This document shows, one piece after another, positions 9,847 through 20,460 of a stretch of DNA of 64,000 nt. Position 1 is the stretch's first letter, and each line of letters starts with the position of its first letter. Position numbers and translations under genes: made by a program. The notes under the pieces were generated by a model that saw nothing but the letters and a program-made list of their open reading frames with translations, had not been told where the DNA came from and searched no databases. Source of the DNA: Chlorobiaceae bacterium (GTDB lineage: Bacteria > Bacteroidota > Ignavibacteria > UBA10030 > SZUA-254); the NCBI GenBank assembly GCA_013824245.1, contig PNNN01000051.1, forward strand, positions 53,415-117,414, read 5' to 3'.

Positions 9847-10785
9847 TTAAGCAATTCGGATGCTTTCTAGAATTTCTTTGCCGCCGCTTTCATAAAGCGA
9901 TTTAGCAAGTTCGTTCCCAATTGATTCGCACTTCGCGGGTTCACCGTGAATACTGCCGCGTAAAATTTTCTTGCCATCCAAACTGCCTATCATTCCGTCG
10001 AAAACAAGTTTATTTTCTTCCACTCGGGCATACGCTCCGATTGGTACTTGGCATCCGCCTTCGAGGGTTCGAAGAAAAGCTCGCTCGGCAAGCGCGGAAA
10101 ATGTTGTTGCCTCGCTGATAAGTGATTCGAGAATCGATTTTAGTTCGACATCTTCAGAGCGAATCTCGATCCCAAGCGCCCCCTGACCGACAGCCGGGAG
10201 AATTTTATTTGTCGGGATGATTTGTGTAATTCTGTTTGAAAATCCAAGCCGCATCACTCCGGCGTGGGCAAGAATCATTCCATCCCAATCGGATGAATCG
10301 AGTTTGGCAAAACGGGTGTTCAAATTTCCCCTGAGATCAATAATTTCAAGTTGAGGTTTCCAGTTTAAAAGCTGGCACTTACGGCGTAAACTGCCGGTCG
10401 CAATTTTTCCGCTCGAAGGAACGTCATCAAGATTTTTATATTTTTTTTCTGGATGAGATATGAAAACATCTCTAACATCTTCACGTTTTGGAATTGCACC
10501 AATCATCAAACCAGCGGGTAAATTTGTTGGCAAATCTTTTAAACTATGGACGGCTAAATCAACACGCTTATCGAGCAAAGCAGTTTCAATCTCTTTGGTG
10601 AATAAACCCTTGTCGCCGATCTTAGATAACGGAGAATCTAAAATCTTATCGCCGGTTGTTTTAATTATTTCCAATTCTATTTTAATAGATGGGTGTGATT
10701 TTTGAAGTTCACTTTTTACCCACTCGGCTTGCCAAAGAGCGAGTTGACTGCCGCGGGTGCCAATTCGTAGTGTCGAATATTTCAT
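9847..10785 (-). CDS. hemC: Hydroxymethylbilane synthase
   Basis: IGTRGSQLALWQA, KGLFTKEIE, VHSLKD and LEGGCQVPIG motifs. Confidence 0.97.
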   Translation of the reverse strand: MKYSTLRIGTRGSQLALWQAEWVKSELQKSHPSIKIELEIIKTTGDKILDSPLSKIGDKGLFTKEIETALLDKRVDLAVHSLKDLPTNLPAGLMIGAIPKREDVRDVFISHPEKKYKNLDDVPSSGKIATGSLRRKCQLLNWKPQLEIIDLRGNLNTRFAKLDSSDWDGMILAHAGVMRLGFSNRITQIIPTNKILPAVGQGALGIEIRSEDVELKSILESLISEATTFSALAERAFLRTLEGGCQVPIGAYARVEENKLVFDGMIGSLDGKKILRGSIHGEPAKCESIGNELAKSLYESGGKEILESIRIA

Positions 10786-12053
10786 TAACTTCCTTTTTTT
10801 TCTAAGCCGAAAAGATGTCTCAATATATGAACTTTAGTCTGCGTTTCGTGCGTTGATAATTCTTCTGAACCGTTTTTTAAATTTACCATAGGAGTATGCA
10901 ATATTTTATTTACAATGCGCTTCGTGAGAATTTCGATTTCCTCCCGCTTCTCGGCAGGAAAATGATGAATATGCTTTTTAACTTCTTCGGTGCGGATATT
11001 TTCGAACTGGTCGCGTAATTGTTGAATTGTTGGAGTTACCTCGAGCGCGTCGTACCACAATTTAAATTGAGATAATTCATCTAAAATAATTTGCTGAATT
11101 TTAGGAACCTCGGCTTTTCTGTGTGACAGATTAGCGTCGATAATTTGATTTAAATCGTCTATATCGTAAAGGAAAATATTTTCAATTCGATTTGCGGAAT
11201 GTTCAATATTCCGGGGAACACCGATATCGATAATGAACAGCGGCTTATTTCCTCTCTGTTTCATGGCGTTCCGAAGATCTTTTTCGGTTATGATATGACT
11301 CGGAGATTCCACGGAACTGATTACGATATCAACATGATGTAGTTCGTCAAGAATTTTATCAAAGTCGGTAACTTTACCTTCTAATTTTGCGGCAAGCTCC
11401 TCTGCCCGTGAGCGCGTCCGGTTTGCAATAATAAGATTTCCAAGATCCCGGCTCGTAAGATGCTTTGCGGTAAGCTCACCGGTTTCGCCGGCGCCTATCA
11501 ACAAAGCCGATCGTTTCGTTAAATCTTCGAAGATTTTAGATGCAAGTTCGGCGGCTGCATAACTTACAGAGACGGCGCCTTCTCCGATTTCAGTTTCTGT
11601 ACGCGCTCGTTTGCCGACATGAAATGCTGTGTTGAACAATCGGTTTATCAGCAATCCGGTTGTGCGACGCTCCTGTGCTACCGTGAATGCTTCTTTCATT
11701 TGATTGAGGATCTGGACGTCGCCCAATACCATTGAGTCGATTCCTGACGCGACGCCGAAAATATGCTTTACTGCATTGAGTGAAGAAAGAGAATAGAAAT
11801 TCTCGGCGCTAAGACCATCGGCTTTTTTTTGTATAGACAGGATTTTCCACAACGGTTCGTTATTTAGAAGTTCGTTACGAAAAGAATAGTAAAGCTCGGT
11901 GCGGTTGCATGTAGAAACCAGCACAAGTTCTTTTAGATTATTTTGCTGTAATGTCTCGAGTGCCGATACAATTTCATCGCGGGAAAACCAAAGTTTTTCC
12001 CTAATCTCAACCGGCGCTGTGCGGTGATTTATACCGAGACAGAATATATTCAT
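10785..12053 (-). CDS. hemA: Glutamyl-tRNA reductase
   Basis: STCNRTE catalytic Cys, DSMVLGDVQILNQ, GAGETG and DIGVPRNI motifs. Confidence 0.97.
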   Translation of the reverse strand: MNIFCLGINHRTAPVEIREKLWFSRDEIVSALETLQQNNLKELVLVSTCNRTELYYSFRNELLNNEPLWKILSIQKKADGLSAENFYSLSSLNAVKHIFGVASGIDSMVLGDVQILNQMKEAFTVAQERRTTGLLINRLFNTAFHVGKRARTETEIGEGAVSVSYAAAELASKIFEDLTKRSALLIGAGETGELTAKHLTSRDLGNLIIANRTRSRAEELAAKLEGKVTDFDKILDELHHVDIVISSVESPSHIITEKDLRNAMKQRGNKPLFIIDIGVPRNIEHSANRIENIFLYDIDDLNQIIDANLSHRKAEVPKIQQIILDELSQFKLWYDALEVTPTIQQLRDQFENIRTEEVKKHIHHFPAEKREEIEILTKRIVNKILHTPMVNLKNGSEELSTHETQTKVHILRHLFGLEKKGS

Positions 12054-12133
12054 AAGAACAATTTATATTTTGATAGATGTTATCGTTGTTCGTCCGCTTG
12101 ATTCTGCAAGCATGAACGGTTCAATCGATTTTC

Positions 12134-12961
12134 TTAAATAAATTTATGGAAACTACTGAAGAAAAAATTGATGATGGTCATCGAAAAAATCGTAATAATA
12201 AATCCGATGAGAGATAGCACCATAATTCTTCGTCCCTGCCAGCCGACAATTTTTTTTGCTGTCAAACCTGCCGCATAAATTAGCCAGACTATTATTGTAC
12301 TTAGAAGTTTGGGGTCTGCATATGAAAATTTTTCAATTGCGCGGGGCAGCCAGGCATATCCGATTGAGATTGAAATCGTGAGAAATATAAATCCGAGAAC
12401 TGTAGCTGTAAAGCTCATTCTTTCGAGCATTTCAAGATTTGGAAGACGTTTGTAGATGACAGTGAAATGACTTGATTTGATATCGTGATATAACATCAAA
12501 TATAGAAAACCGTAAACCGCAGAAATTGTAATGGCGGCATACCCAATAAGTGCGCTTCCAACATGAATACCAAGCAAATTGCTGCGCAAAACCTGCGGTA
12601 TTTCGGTCAGTTCTTTGATGAACAGGGATGAGATTAATTGGAAGAAAAACGGAAAAATTAAAATGAAATATCCGGTTGATCTGTTCTTTGTTTGAATTTC
12701 GATGTAAGCATATGCCAATGTTACCGTAAAGGCAATCAAAGAGAAAATCTCAAAAACCGTCGTTATCGGTGGATGGTTGAATCGTAACGTTCTTAAAACT
12801 ATATACACCCCGTGAATTATCAGCGTAGTCATAAGAAATCGCACCTTTAACGATTCAGCAAGCTTCGAATTCTTAAAAAAACTTTTTGAATATGTCCAGG
12901 TTGCAATAAAATAACAAACGGGGAGAATAATTTCGAGTAGATCAATCATCATGAGCATCAT
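12134..12961 (-). CDS. Cytochrome c assembly protein CcsA/HemX family (start probably one of the ATGs at or just below 12961)
   Basis: About 8 TM helices, GIHVG, LPNLEMLE, DPKL and WLIY motifs; directly upstream of hemA. Confidence 0.85.
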   Translation of the reverse strand: MMLMMIDLLEIILPVCYFIATWTYSKSFFKNSKLAESLKVRFLMTTLIIHGVYIVLRTLRFNHPPITTVFEIFSLIAFTVTLAYAYIEIQTKNRSTGYFILIFPFFFQLISSLFIKELTEIPQVLRSNLLGIHVGSALIGYAAITISAVYGFLYLMLYHDIKSSHFTVIYKRLPNLEMLERMSFTATVLGFIFLTISISIGYAWLPRAIEKFSYADPKLLSTIIVWLIYAAGLTAKKIVGWQGRRIMVLSLIGFIITIFSMTIINFFFSSFHKFI

Positions 12962-13051
12962 TTTTATCTGTTTTGTAATTAAGATAATCAAATCTTGTTT
13001 GATTTTCAAAAACACGAAAACATCTTTATTTTAGCATAATAGTTAAATTTC

Positions 13052-13080
13052 TTGCATGTACTGAGGGTCTTTCTTATATT
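13052..13080 (+). promoter_or_regulatory. Sigma70-type promoter of the M20 peptidase gene
   Basis: TTGCAT-17 nt-TATATT, about 50 nt upstream of the ATG at 13128. Confidence 0.55.
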
Positions 13081-13127
13081 GTTGATACTTTAACGCGTAA
13101 TCCGCTTGAATCATAACTGGTCTATCA

Positions 13128-14501
13128 ATGGAAAAAATTCTTCAATATATTAAAGAAAATCAAGAGCAATTTCTCTCAGAACTTAAAACACTTATAAGCT
13201 TTCCAAGCGTCAGTAATTCCAAAGATCATCAACCCGATATGGAACGATGTGCAAAATGGTTAGGTGATCATATCATCGGATTGGGAATGAAGAACGTTCA
13301 AATTTTTCCCACAGCCGGACATCCTATTGTTTACGGCGAGTGGCTTGAAGCTGCAGGTAAACCTACTGTGCTTATATACGGGCATTACGATGTTCAGCCA
13401 GCAGAACCGCTTGATCTTTGGAAGTCGCCACCATTCGAAGGCACTGTCCGGGATGGAAATTTTTATGCACGCGGAGCAACCGACGATAAAGGTCAGCTTT
13501 TCATACATTTAAAAAGTATCGAAGCGTTCATGAAGAATTACAACTCTTTGCCGGTCAATATAAAATTAATATTAGAAGGTGAAGAAGAAATAGGAAGTGA
13601 ACATCTTGAACCATTTCTTCGAGAACATAAAAACTTATTGAAAGCAGATCTGGTTCTAATCTCTGATACGTCGATGTTTGCACGCGGCGTTCCCTCGGTC
13701 TGTTACGGCTTGCGTGGATTAAGTTACATGCAGATTGATCTAATTGGTCCCGAAAAAGATTTGCATTCCGGTTCATACGGCGGATCAGTTCACAACCCGA
13801 TTCAAGCATTGACAGAGATAATATCATCGCTTCACGATAAGAATGGGAGAATAACAATTCCCGGTTTTTATGACGATGTGTTGAAGTTATCGAAAGAAGA
13901 ACGCGCCGCTTTTAAAAAATTACCGTGGAGCGACAAGAAATTTGCAAAAGAGTTAAGTGTAAAAGAATTATATGGCGAAAAAGGTTTTACAACACTCGAA
14001 CGTTTATGGGCAAGGCCAACGCTTGAATGCAACGGTATCTGGGGTGGCTTTACAGGCGAAGGTGCAAAAACAGTTCTCCCTTCCAAAGCATCGGCAAAAA
14101 TATCGATGCGCTTGGTTCCAAATCAAAAGCCAGATAAAATTGCTAAATTATTCGAAAAACATATCAAGAGTATCACCCCAAAAACTGTAAATGTATCCGT
14201 GAGAAATCTTCATGGCGGTGAACCCGCGATTACGCCTGTAGACAGCCCAGGTGTTCGAACAGCAATACTCGCCTTAGAGAAAGGTTTCGGTAAAAAACCG
14301 CTCTACCAGCGTGAGGGCGGATCGATTCCGATTGTGGTTCAGTTCAAAAAAATTCTCGGCACTGATTCTGTGCTGCTCGGTTTTGGTCTACCCGATGAAA
14401 ACGCTCACGCCCCCAACGAATTTATAAATCTCGACAATTTTTTTGGCGGCATCAGAACGGTTGCACATTTTTATAATGAATTGCCTAATTTTATGAAGTG
14501 A
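13128..14501 (+). CDS. M20 family dipeptidase
   Basis: YGHYDVQP, ARGATDDKGQ, EGEEEIGS, DLHSG and HAPNE motifs. Confidence 0.93.
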   Translation: MEKILQYIKENQEQFLSELKTLISFPSVSNSKDHQPDMERCAKWLGDHIIGLGMKNVQIFPTAGHPIVYGEWLEAAGKPTVLIYGHYDVQPAEPLDLWKSPPFEGTVRDGNFYARGATDDKGQLFIHLKSIEAFMKNYNSLPVNIKLILEGEEEIGSEHLEPFLREHKNLLKADLVLISDTSMFARGVPSVCYGLRGLSYMQIDLIGPEKDLHSGSYGGSVHNPIQALTEIISSLHDKNGRITIPGFYDDVLKLSKEERAAFKKLPWSDKKFAKELSVKELYGEKGFTTLERLWARPTLECNGIWGGFTGEGAKTVLPSKASAKISMRLVPNQKPDKIAKLFEKHIKSITPKTVNVSVRNLHGGEPAITPVDSPGVRTAILALEKGFGKKPLYQREGGSIPIVVQFKKILGTDSVLLGFGLPDENAHAPNEFINLDNFFGGIRTVAHFYNELPNFMK

Positions 14502-14511
14502 CATTTTTAGT

Positions 14512-15057
14512 GTGAAAATTTATACTAAAACCGGAGACAGGGGAGATACAGCGTTACTGGGCGGGAAACGCGTACAGAAGGATTCACTTCGAATAGAAAC
14601 ATACGGAACCATCGATGAGTTGAACAGCGTGATTGGCATCAGTCGCTCTTTGAATGAGCATCATGAAATTGATCTCCTGTTATTCAATCTTCAATCGGAG
14701 CTATTTACATTAGGTGCAGAACTTGCCACACCTGCGGGTGTGAAAAATTCTTCTACAAAATTTCTTTCAGATGAAAATATCATTCGTCTTGAAAAGCTCA
14801 TTGATGATATGGAAACCCGACTTCCACGTTTGAAAAATTTTATTCTTCCCGGAGGAAATAAATGTGCCGCAATGCTTCATTATGCACGGACGGTTTGTAG
14901 ACGCGCCGAACGATTGGCGGTCCGTTTAGCGCGGGATGAATCGATCCGCGATTTTCCCGTAATTTATCTCAATCGCTTGTCAGACTTTCTCTTTGTAATA
15001 GCACGCCTGTCCAATTCGCTATCGAATACTCCCGAAACAAAATGGTCGGCTGATTAA
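14512..15057 (+). CDS. ATP:cob(I)alamin adenosyltransferase, PduO type
   Basis: KIYTKTGDRG, GTIDELNS, FILPGG, RTVCRRAER and YLNRLSD motifs. Confidence 0.95.
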   Translation: MKIYTKTGDRGDTALLGGKRVQKDSLRIETYGTIDELNSVIGISRSLNEHHEIDLLLFNLQSELFTLGAELATPAGVKNSSTKFLSDENIIRLEKLIDDMETRLPRLKNFILPGGNKCAAMLHYARTVCRRAERLAVRLARDESIRDFPVIYLNRLSDFLFVIARLSNSLSNTPETKWSAD

Positions 15058-15125
15058 GCTTATCATTTTTTCAACTTCAGATTTTGAGTGAATTATTTTG
15101 GTTGGAAATCTATGCTTGGAATGAA

Positions 15126-15200
15126 ATAAAAAGAGCATTGGCAGGTGGGCATTCCAACTTGGGAGGCGAAGTCAGAAACCGTGGATCCTGCCTAATGCTC
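15126..15200 (-). ncRNA. Candidate independently transcribed ~70 nt hairpin sRNA
   Basis: Promoter TTGACT-17-TATAAT puts +1 at about 15200, the first base of a rod-like fold with loop CGCCUCCC that is followed by a U-tract. Confidence 0.65.
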
Positions 15201-15206
15201 GTTATC

Positions 15207-15235
15207 ATTATACAACACTTTTTTGAAAAAGTCAA
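15207..15235 (-). promoter_or_regulatory. Near-consensus sigma70 promoter of the candidate sRNA
   Basis: Minus strand TTGACT (15235-15230), 17 nt spacer, TATAAT (15212-15207). Confidence 0.75.
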
Positions 15236-15302
15236 GAAAAAATTTCTGCGAAGAAATGATGAATAACATCTGATATATTAAGGAAATATTTATCGATATA
15301 TT

Positions 15303-15330
15303 TTGACTTTCCATTAGATTTTTTTAAATT
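15303..15330 (+). promoter_or_regulatory. Probable nuo operon promoter
   Basis: TTGACT-16 nt-TAAATT, about 50 nt upstream of nuoA. Confidence 0.45.
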
Positions 15331-15378
15331 GTACAGTCTAATTCTATGATATTCATCAAACGCTCAACAATTTACTAA

Positions 15379-15807
15379 ATGCTTACAGATTTTGGCAAAG
15401 TTTTCATCTTTTTTCTGATTGGGGGATTGTTTGTTGCAGCTGGATTGATTGCAGCATGGGTTATTCGTCCGAAAAGGTGGTATCCGTCGAAACTTTCTAC
15501 ATATGAATGCGGTGAAATTCCGGTTGGCGATGCAATTGTTAAGTTTAATATTCGATTTTACGTAATTGCCTTGATCTTCTTAATTTTTGATGTTGAAGTT
15601 GTATTTTTATTCCCCTGGGCAGTGGTGTTTAAGAACCTTGGAATGTTTGCATTTATTGAAATGCTCGTTTTTCTATCCATTTTGTTCGTTGGTTATGCCT
15701 ATGTGTGGGTAAAGGGGGACCTTGAATGGGACAAGCCAGCACCGCAACTTCCATCTATAAATTCAAAACAACTAAAAATTTCAACTCCACAAACTACTCC
15801 GGATTAA
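15379..15807 (+). CDS. nuoA: NADH-quinone oxidoreductase subunit A
   Basis: YECGE and [15 protein letters not shown] motifs. Confidence 0.96.
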   Translation: MLTDFGKVFIFFLIGGLFVAAGLIAAWVIRPKRWYPSKLSTYECGEIPVGDAIVKFNIRFYVIALIFLIFDVEVVFLFPWAVVFKNLGMFAFIEMLVFLSILFVGYAYVWVKGDLEWDKPAPQLPSINSKQLKISTPQTTPD

Positions 15808-15822
15808 ATTTTAATATAGAAT

Positions 15823-16314
15823 ATGGGACTATTGGATAAAAAATTTGACAATAGTAATATTGTTATCACATCGATGGATAATCTATTAAACTGGGCTCGG
15901 TTGTCATCGATGTGGCCCGTTCAATTCGGGCTTGCTTGCTGTGCTATTGAGATGATGGCTACCGGCGCATCACATTACGATCTTGATAGATTCGGAATAT
16001 TTTTCCGTGCAACTCCAAGACAAGCAGATGTGATGATTATTTCCGGGACAGTTACTTTAAAAATGGCGCCTCGAATAAAATTATTATTCGATCAAATGTC
16101 TGAACCCCGATATGTAATCTCGATGGGAAGTTGCGCTAATTGCGGAGGTCCCTACTGGGAACACGGTTATCACGTTTTAAAAGGAGTTGATCGCGTAATC
16201 CCGGTTGATGTATATATTCCCGGATGTCCACCCAGACCGGAAGCATTGTTAGAGGGAATCATGAAGTTGCAAGAGAAAATTCGTTCCGAAAGTTTAGCAA
16301 AGAAGAGTGCCTAA
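15823..16314 (+). CDS. nuoB: NADH-quinone oxidoreductase subunit B
   Basis: [16 protein letters not shown] and IPGCPPRPE (cluster N2 ligands). Confidence 0.97.
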   Translation: MGLLDKKFDNSNIVITSMDNLLNWARLSSMWPVQFGLACCAIEMMATGASHYDLDRFGIFFRATPRQADVMIISGTVTLKMAPRIKLLFDQMSEPRYVISMGSCANCGGPYWEHGYHVLKGVDRVIPVDVYIPGCPPRPEALLEGIMKLQEKIRSESLAKKSA

Positions 16315-16317
16315 AAT

Positions 16318-16797
16318 ATGACTTCTCAAGAAATTCACGAAAAAATAAAATTACAATTTCCCGCCGCAGTTCTTGAATCAAAGACTGAAGGCGTGGTTGA
16401 TCCATTCATTAAAATCGCGCCTGAATATGTGGCTGATGTAGCATCTTTCATCAGAGACAATGAAGAACTTGGTTTTGATTTTTTAATGTGTCTGAGCGGA
16501 ATTGATTATGGCAAAGGAACTCTTGGGGTAATATATAATATTTTTTCGATGAAACATCGTCACAAGTTGAATCTGAAAGTAGAAGTTCCGAAAGATAAAG
16601 CTGAAGTGCCGTCGGTTTCCCTAATATGGAACACAGCTAACTGGCACGAGCGTGAGGCGTACGACTTGATGGGAATTATTTTCATCGGTCACCCTGATCC
16701 CCGTCGCATCTTAATGCCGTACGATTGGGAAGGTCATCCGCTCAGGAAAGATTATAAAACTCCGGAATTTTATCAAGGCATGAAAGTTCCTTATTGA
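16318..16797 (+). CDS. nuoC: NADH-quinone oxidoreductase subunit C
   Basis: [18 protein letters not shown] and GHPLRKDY motifs. Confidence 0.96.
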   Translation: MTSQEIHEKIKLQFPAAVLESKTEGVVDPFIKIAPEYVADVASFIRDNEELGFDFLMCLSGIDYGKGTLGVIYNIFSMKHRHKLNLKVEVPKDKAEVPSVSLIWNTANWHEREAYDLMGIIFIGHPDPRRILMPYDWEGHPLRKDYKTPEFYQGMKVPY

Positions 16798-17966
16798 GTG
16801 ATATTATGGCTGAAATTTCAGAAGAAATAATTAAAACATCTACCGGAACAACTCTTCGCCACGAAGAGATGGTTATCAATATGGGACCGCAACATCCGTC
16901 CACTCACGGCGTTCTGCGACTTGAGGTTGTGGTCGACGGCGAAATAGTGATAGATGTAATCCCTCATATCGGATACCTGCATCGTTGTTTTGAAAAACAT
17001 GCTGAATCGATGACCAACTACCAGCAGGTTGTTCCATATGTTGATCGCATGGATTATTGTGCGGCAATGAATATGGATTTTGGTTACGTGCTTGCTGTTG
17101 AAAAACTTCTTGGCATTCAGGTGCCAGAACGTGTAGAATATATACGTGTCATCATGGCAGAGTTACAGAGGATCGCTTCACACCTGATTGCCGCCGGCAC
17201 TTATGGGTTAGATATCGGCGCCTTTACTCCATTTCTTTATATGTTCCGGGAACGTGAGCGCATTCTTGATCTATTCGAAATGACATGCGGCGCACGACTT
17301 CTATATAACTACATGTGGGTAGGTGGAGTTTCGCACGATCTTCCACCCGGATTCATAGACAAAGCTAAAGATTTTTGTCAATACTTCAGACCAAAAATAA
17401 AAGAATACAACGATCTCCTAAGCTACAACGAAATTTTTATCAAACGAACCGCTAATGTTGGAATTCTCCCAAAAGATGTTGCAATCTCTTATGGCATCTC
17501 AGGACCGGTGCTTCGCGGTTCAGGTGTTAACTTCGATCTTCGCCGCGATGATCCGTATTCAATTTATCATAAATTCGATTGGCAGCCGGAAATCGGTAAG
17601 GGTGAAGTTGGCACGGTTGGCGATTGCTGGGATAGATACATGGTGCGAATGCGTGAAATGGAACAGAGCATAAATATTGTAGAGCAAGCGCTCAACCAAA
17701 TTCCAGAGGGGAACATTGCCTCGGCAATACCTAAACGCATCAGACCAAATCCGGGCGATGTTTATGTGCGCACTGAGTCGGCAAGAGGTGAATTAGGATT
17801 TTATGTTATCAGCGACGGCAGCGGCAAACCGTACCGTATCAAAGCCCGGTCACCTTCGTTTGTAAACCTCAGCGTGATACCTGAAATTTCCCGCGGCGGT
17901 ATGATAGCAGACCTCGTTGCAATTGCCGGAAGTCTTGATATCGTGTTAGGAGAGGTCGACAGGTAA
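16794..17966 (+). CDS. nuoD: NADH-quinone oxidoreductase subunit D
   Basis: [23 protein letters not shown] and C-terminal DIVLGEVDR. Confidence 0.97.
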   Translation: MSDIMAEISEEIIKTSTGTTLRHEEMVINMGPQHPSTHGVLRLEVVVDGEIVIDVIPHIGYLHRCFEKHAESMTNYQQVVPYVDRMDYCAAMNMDFGYVLAVEKLLGIQVPERVEYIRVIMAELQRIASHLIAAGTYGLDIGAFTPFLYMFRERERILDLFEMTCGARLLYNYMWVGGVSHDLPPGFIDKAKDFCQYFRPKIKEYNDLLSYNEIFIKRTANVGILPKDVAISYGISGPVLRGSGVNFDLRRDDPYSIYHKFDWQPEIGKGEVGTVGDCWDRYMVRMREMEQSINIVEQALNQIPEGNIASAIPKRIRPNPGDVYVRTESARGELGFYVISDGSGKPYRIKARSPSFVNLSVIPEISRGGMIADLVAIAGSLDIVLGEVDR

Positions 17967-17971
17967 ATAGT

Positions 17972-18991
17972 ATGGAACAGATTCTTAGAAATATTCTCGA
18001 CAACGATTTTTTTGTTTACGGCATAATGGGTATTGTTCCGTTAGTATGGATAGTGCCGTATGCATTATTCGCAATCTGGCTTGAGCGCAAGATATCGGCG
18101 CATATGCAAGACCGACTTGGTCCTATGCGCACAGGCGGATGGCACGGATGGTCGCAAACCATTGCAGATATGCTAAAACTATTACAGAAAGAAGATATTA
18201 TTCCGGCGGCGGCAGATAAAACTCTTTTTAATATTGCGCCTTATATAATCTTTGTTTCCGCATACGCCGCGTATGCTGTTATTCCGTTTAGCAGTGGATT
18301 TATTGGAGCCGATATAAATGTTGGAATATTTTATATCATTGCAGTTACATCACTTGCAGTGGTCGGAATTTTGATGGGTGGGTGGGCATCCAATAATAAA
18401 TGGTCGTTGCTCGGAGCAATGCGTGCAACAGCCCAAATAGTGAGTTACGAAATTCCATCGGTGCTTGCTGTTCTTGCCGTCGTTATGATTGCCGGTACAT
18501 TATCGCTTCAGGAAATTAATAATTTACAAACCGGATGGTTTTGGAATTGGTTTGTGTTTCAGAAATTTCCGTTTGTGTTCGTTGCGTTTATAATTTATTT
18601 TGTCGCCTCACTTGCCGAGGTAAACCGTGTTCCTTTCGACATTCCCGAAGCCGAATCGGAGCTTGTTGCCGGATATGTAACCGAGTATAGCGGTATGAAA
18701 TTCGCAATGTTCATGTTTGCCGAGTTTGTCAACATGTTCGCTGTATCTGCCGTTGCGGCAACACTTTTCTTTGGCGGATGGAATAGTCCATTCGGTGAAT
18801 TCTTAAGCGGACCAATTTGGGGTGTGTTCTGGTTTTTATCTAAAGGAATGATGCTCGTATCTGTTCAAATGTGGCTGAGATGGACTTTACCCCGATTAAG
18901 GGTAGATCAATTGATGTATGTTTCGTGGAAAGTCTTAACACCATGGGCATTCGCCTGCGTGATTGCAGTCGGTTTCTGGATGATGTTGTAA
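17972..18991 (+). CDS. nuoH: NADH-quinone oxidoreductase subunit H
   Basis: [14 protein letters not shown] and [15 protein letters not shown] motifs. Confidence 0.97.
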   Translation: MEQILRNILDNDFFVYGIMGIVPLVWIVPYALFAIWLERKISAHMQDRLGPMRTGGWHGWSQTIADMLKLLQKEDIIPAAADKTLFNIAPYIIFVSAYAAYAVIPFSSGFIGADINVGIFYIIAVTSLAVVGILMGGWASNNKWSLLGAMRATAQIVSYEIPSVLAVLAVVMIAGTLSLQEINNLQTGWFWNWFVFQKFPFVFVAFIIYFVASLAEVNRVPFDIPEAESELVAGYVTEYSGMKFAMFMFAEFVNMFAVSAVAATLFFGGWNSPFGEFLSGPIWGVFWFLSKGMMLVSVQMWLRWTLPRLRVDQLMYVSWKVLTPWAFACVIAVGFWMML

Positions 18992-19000
18992 GTTAGGATA

Positions 19001-19591
19001 ATGATGATGAGAAAATATTTCATTGATATTTATAAAACAATTTGGTCGATACTCATCGGAATGAGAATAACGTTTGGACATTTGTTCGTTCCGGCGGTAA
19101 CAATACAATATCCCGATGTAAAACCCAAGTTGCCCGAGCGCGCTCGAAATCGTTTGTATGTGAATATGGATGATTGCATCGGCTGTTTGCAATGCGAGAT
19201 GGCTTGCCCGGTTAATTGTATTGAAATTGAAACTGTAAAGTCGCTGCCGACAGACGATCTTGGAACCACATCAACCGGACAGAAGAAAAAACTCTGGGTC
19301 ACAAAATTTGACATTGATATTGCAAAATGTTGTTTCTGCGATCTTTGCGTTTACCCCTGTCCAACCGAGTGTATTAAGATGACTGATGTTTATGAATTTT
19401 CGGAATTCGACAGGAATAATTTGCTTTATAATTTTGTAACTTTAACCAAGCAAGAAGTTGAAACAGTGAAAGCCAAAGCGGCGGAATTTGAGAAAGAACA
19501 GGCGGCTAAGAAAGCTGCCGCTGCCGCGCAGGCAAAAGCAGCACCAGTTGTAGCGCCGGCGCAACAATCGCCTCCGGCTCAACCATCGTAA
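19001..19591 (+). CDS. nuoI: NADH-quinone oxidoreductase subunit I
   Basis: Two CxxCxxCxxxCP motifs; VTIQYP; Ala/Pro-rich tail. Confidence 0.95.
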   Translation: MMMRKYFIDIYKTIWSILIGMRITFGHLFVPAVTIQYPDVKPKLPERARNRLYVNMDDCIGCLQCEMACPVNCIEIETVKSLPTDDLGTTSTGQKKKLWVTKFDIDIAKCCFCDLCVYPCPTECIKMTDVYEFSEFDRNNLLYNFVTLTKQEVETVKAKAAEFEKEQAAKKAAAAAQAKAAPVVAPAQQSPPAQPS

Positions 19592-19601
19592 GGTATAATG
19601 T

Positions 19602-20117
19602 ATGAATCTTGTTGATATTATTTTTTACTTCTTCGCATTAATAACTCTTGTTTCTGCGGCTATAACGGTTTATTCCCGGAACATTATTTATTCAGCGTTC
19701 TCACTTTTATTTACTTTCTTTGGCGTTGCGGGTATTTATGTCCTTCTTAACGCCGATTTTATCGCTGTTGCACAGATATTGATCTATGTTGGCGGAATTC
19801 TTATGCTATTGGTATTCGGAGTGATGTTGACCCATAAAGTTATTAATGTAGAAATTAAAACAGGAATATTAAATGTCGTTCCCGGTTCCATCATCACTGC
19901 CATTATCGGGGGTACGTTGTGCGGTGTTTTCGTTGTAACAGATTGGTTCATCGTAGAAGGTGTGCCGCCAATAAAATCTACGACAACTGAAATTGGAACG
20001 ATGTTTATGACAAAATATTTACTGCCGTTTGAAATAGCTTCCGTTGTTTTACTGGTAGCATTGATCGGTGCCGCATACATCGCCCGGCGCGATAAATCAA
20101 AAAATCAATCTGCCTAA
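19602..20117 (+). CDS. nuoJ: NADH-quinone oxidoreductase subunit J
   Basis: QILIYVGGI and YLLPFEIASVVLLVALIGA motifs. Confidence 0.95.
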   Translation: MNLVDIIFYFFALITLVSAAITVYSRNIIYSAFSLLFTFFGVAGIYVLLNADFIAVAQILIYVGGILMLLVFGVMLTHKVINVEIKTGILNVVPGSIITAIIGGTLCGVFVVTDWFIVEGVPPIKSTTTEIGTMFMTKYLLPFEIASVVLLVALIGAAYIARRDKSKNQSA

Positions 20118-20147
20118 TGCTTATAAATATTTTTTATTGAAATCATC

Positions 20148-20456
20148 ATGCAAGTCGGATTATCACATTACCTTTTTTTGAGCGGGATACTATTCGCGCT
20201 CGGTCTTTATGGCGTAATTACGCGCCGTAATGCAATACTAGTTTTAATGGGAATCGAGTTGATACTTAATGCCGCTAATATCAACTTTATTGCGTTTGCC
20301 CGATATGGCGGTATGCAAATAGACGGACAAATGATGGCTGTCTTCGTAATCATTTTAGCCGCGGCAGAAGCGGCAATAGCGCTGGCAATCGTTTTGAATA
20401 TCTATAAACAATTCAAGACGGTGAATGTTGACGAAATTAATAAGTTGAAGGAGTAA
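20148..20456 (+). CDS. nuoK: NADH-quinone oxidoreductase subunit K
   Basis: RRNAILVLMGIELILNA and AAAEAAI motifs. Confidence 0.96.
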   Translation: MQVGLSHYLFLSGILFALGLYGVITRRNAILVLMGIELILNAANINFIAFARYGGMQIDGQMMAVFVIILAAAEAAIALAIVLNIYKQFKTVNVDEINKLKE

Positions 20457-20460
20457 CGAT

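Noticed and set aside
15126-15200. Cobalamin riboswitch or SRP RNA identity for the hairpin next to the adenosyltransferase gene
   Set aside because: It lies downstream of and antisense to that gene, and lacks the B12-box and the SRP CAGG..GGAA..AGCA motifs.
15084-15266. 60-aa plus-strand ORF in the pduO-nuoA spacer
   Set aside because: TTG start and no recognisable motif; it overlaps the opposite-strand promoter and hairpin that explain the sequence better.
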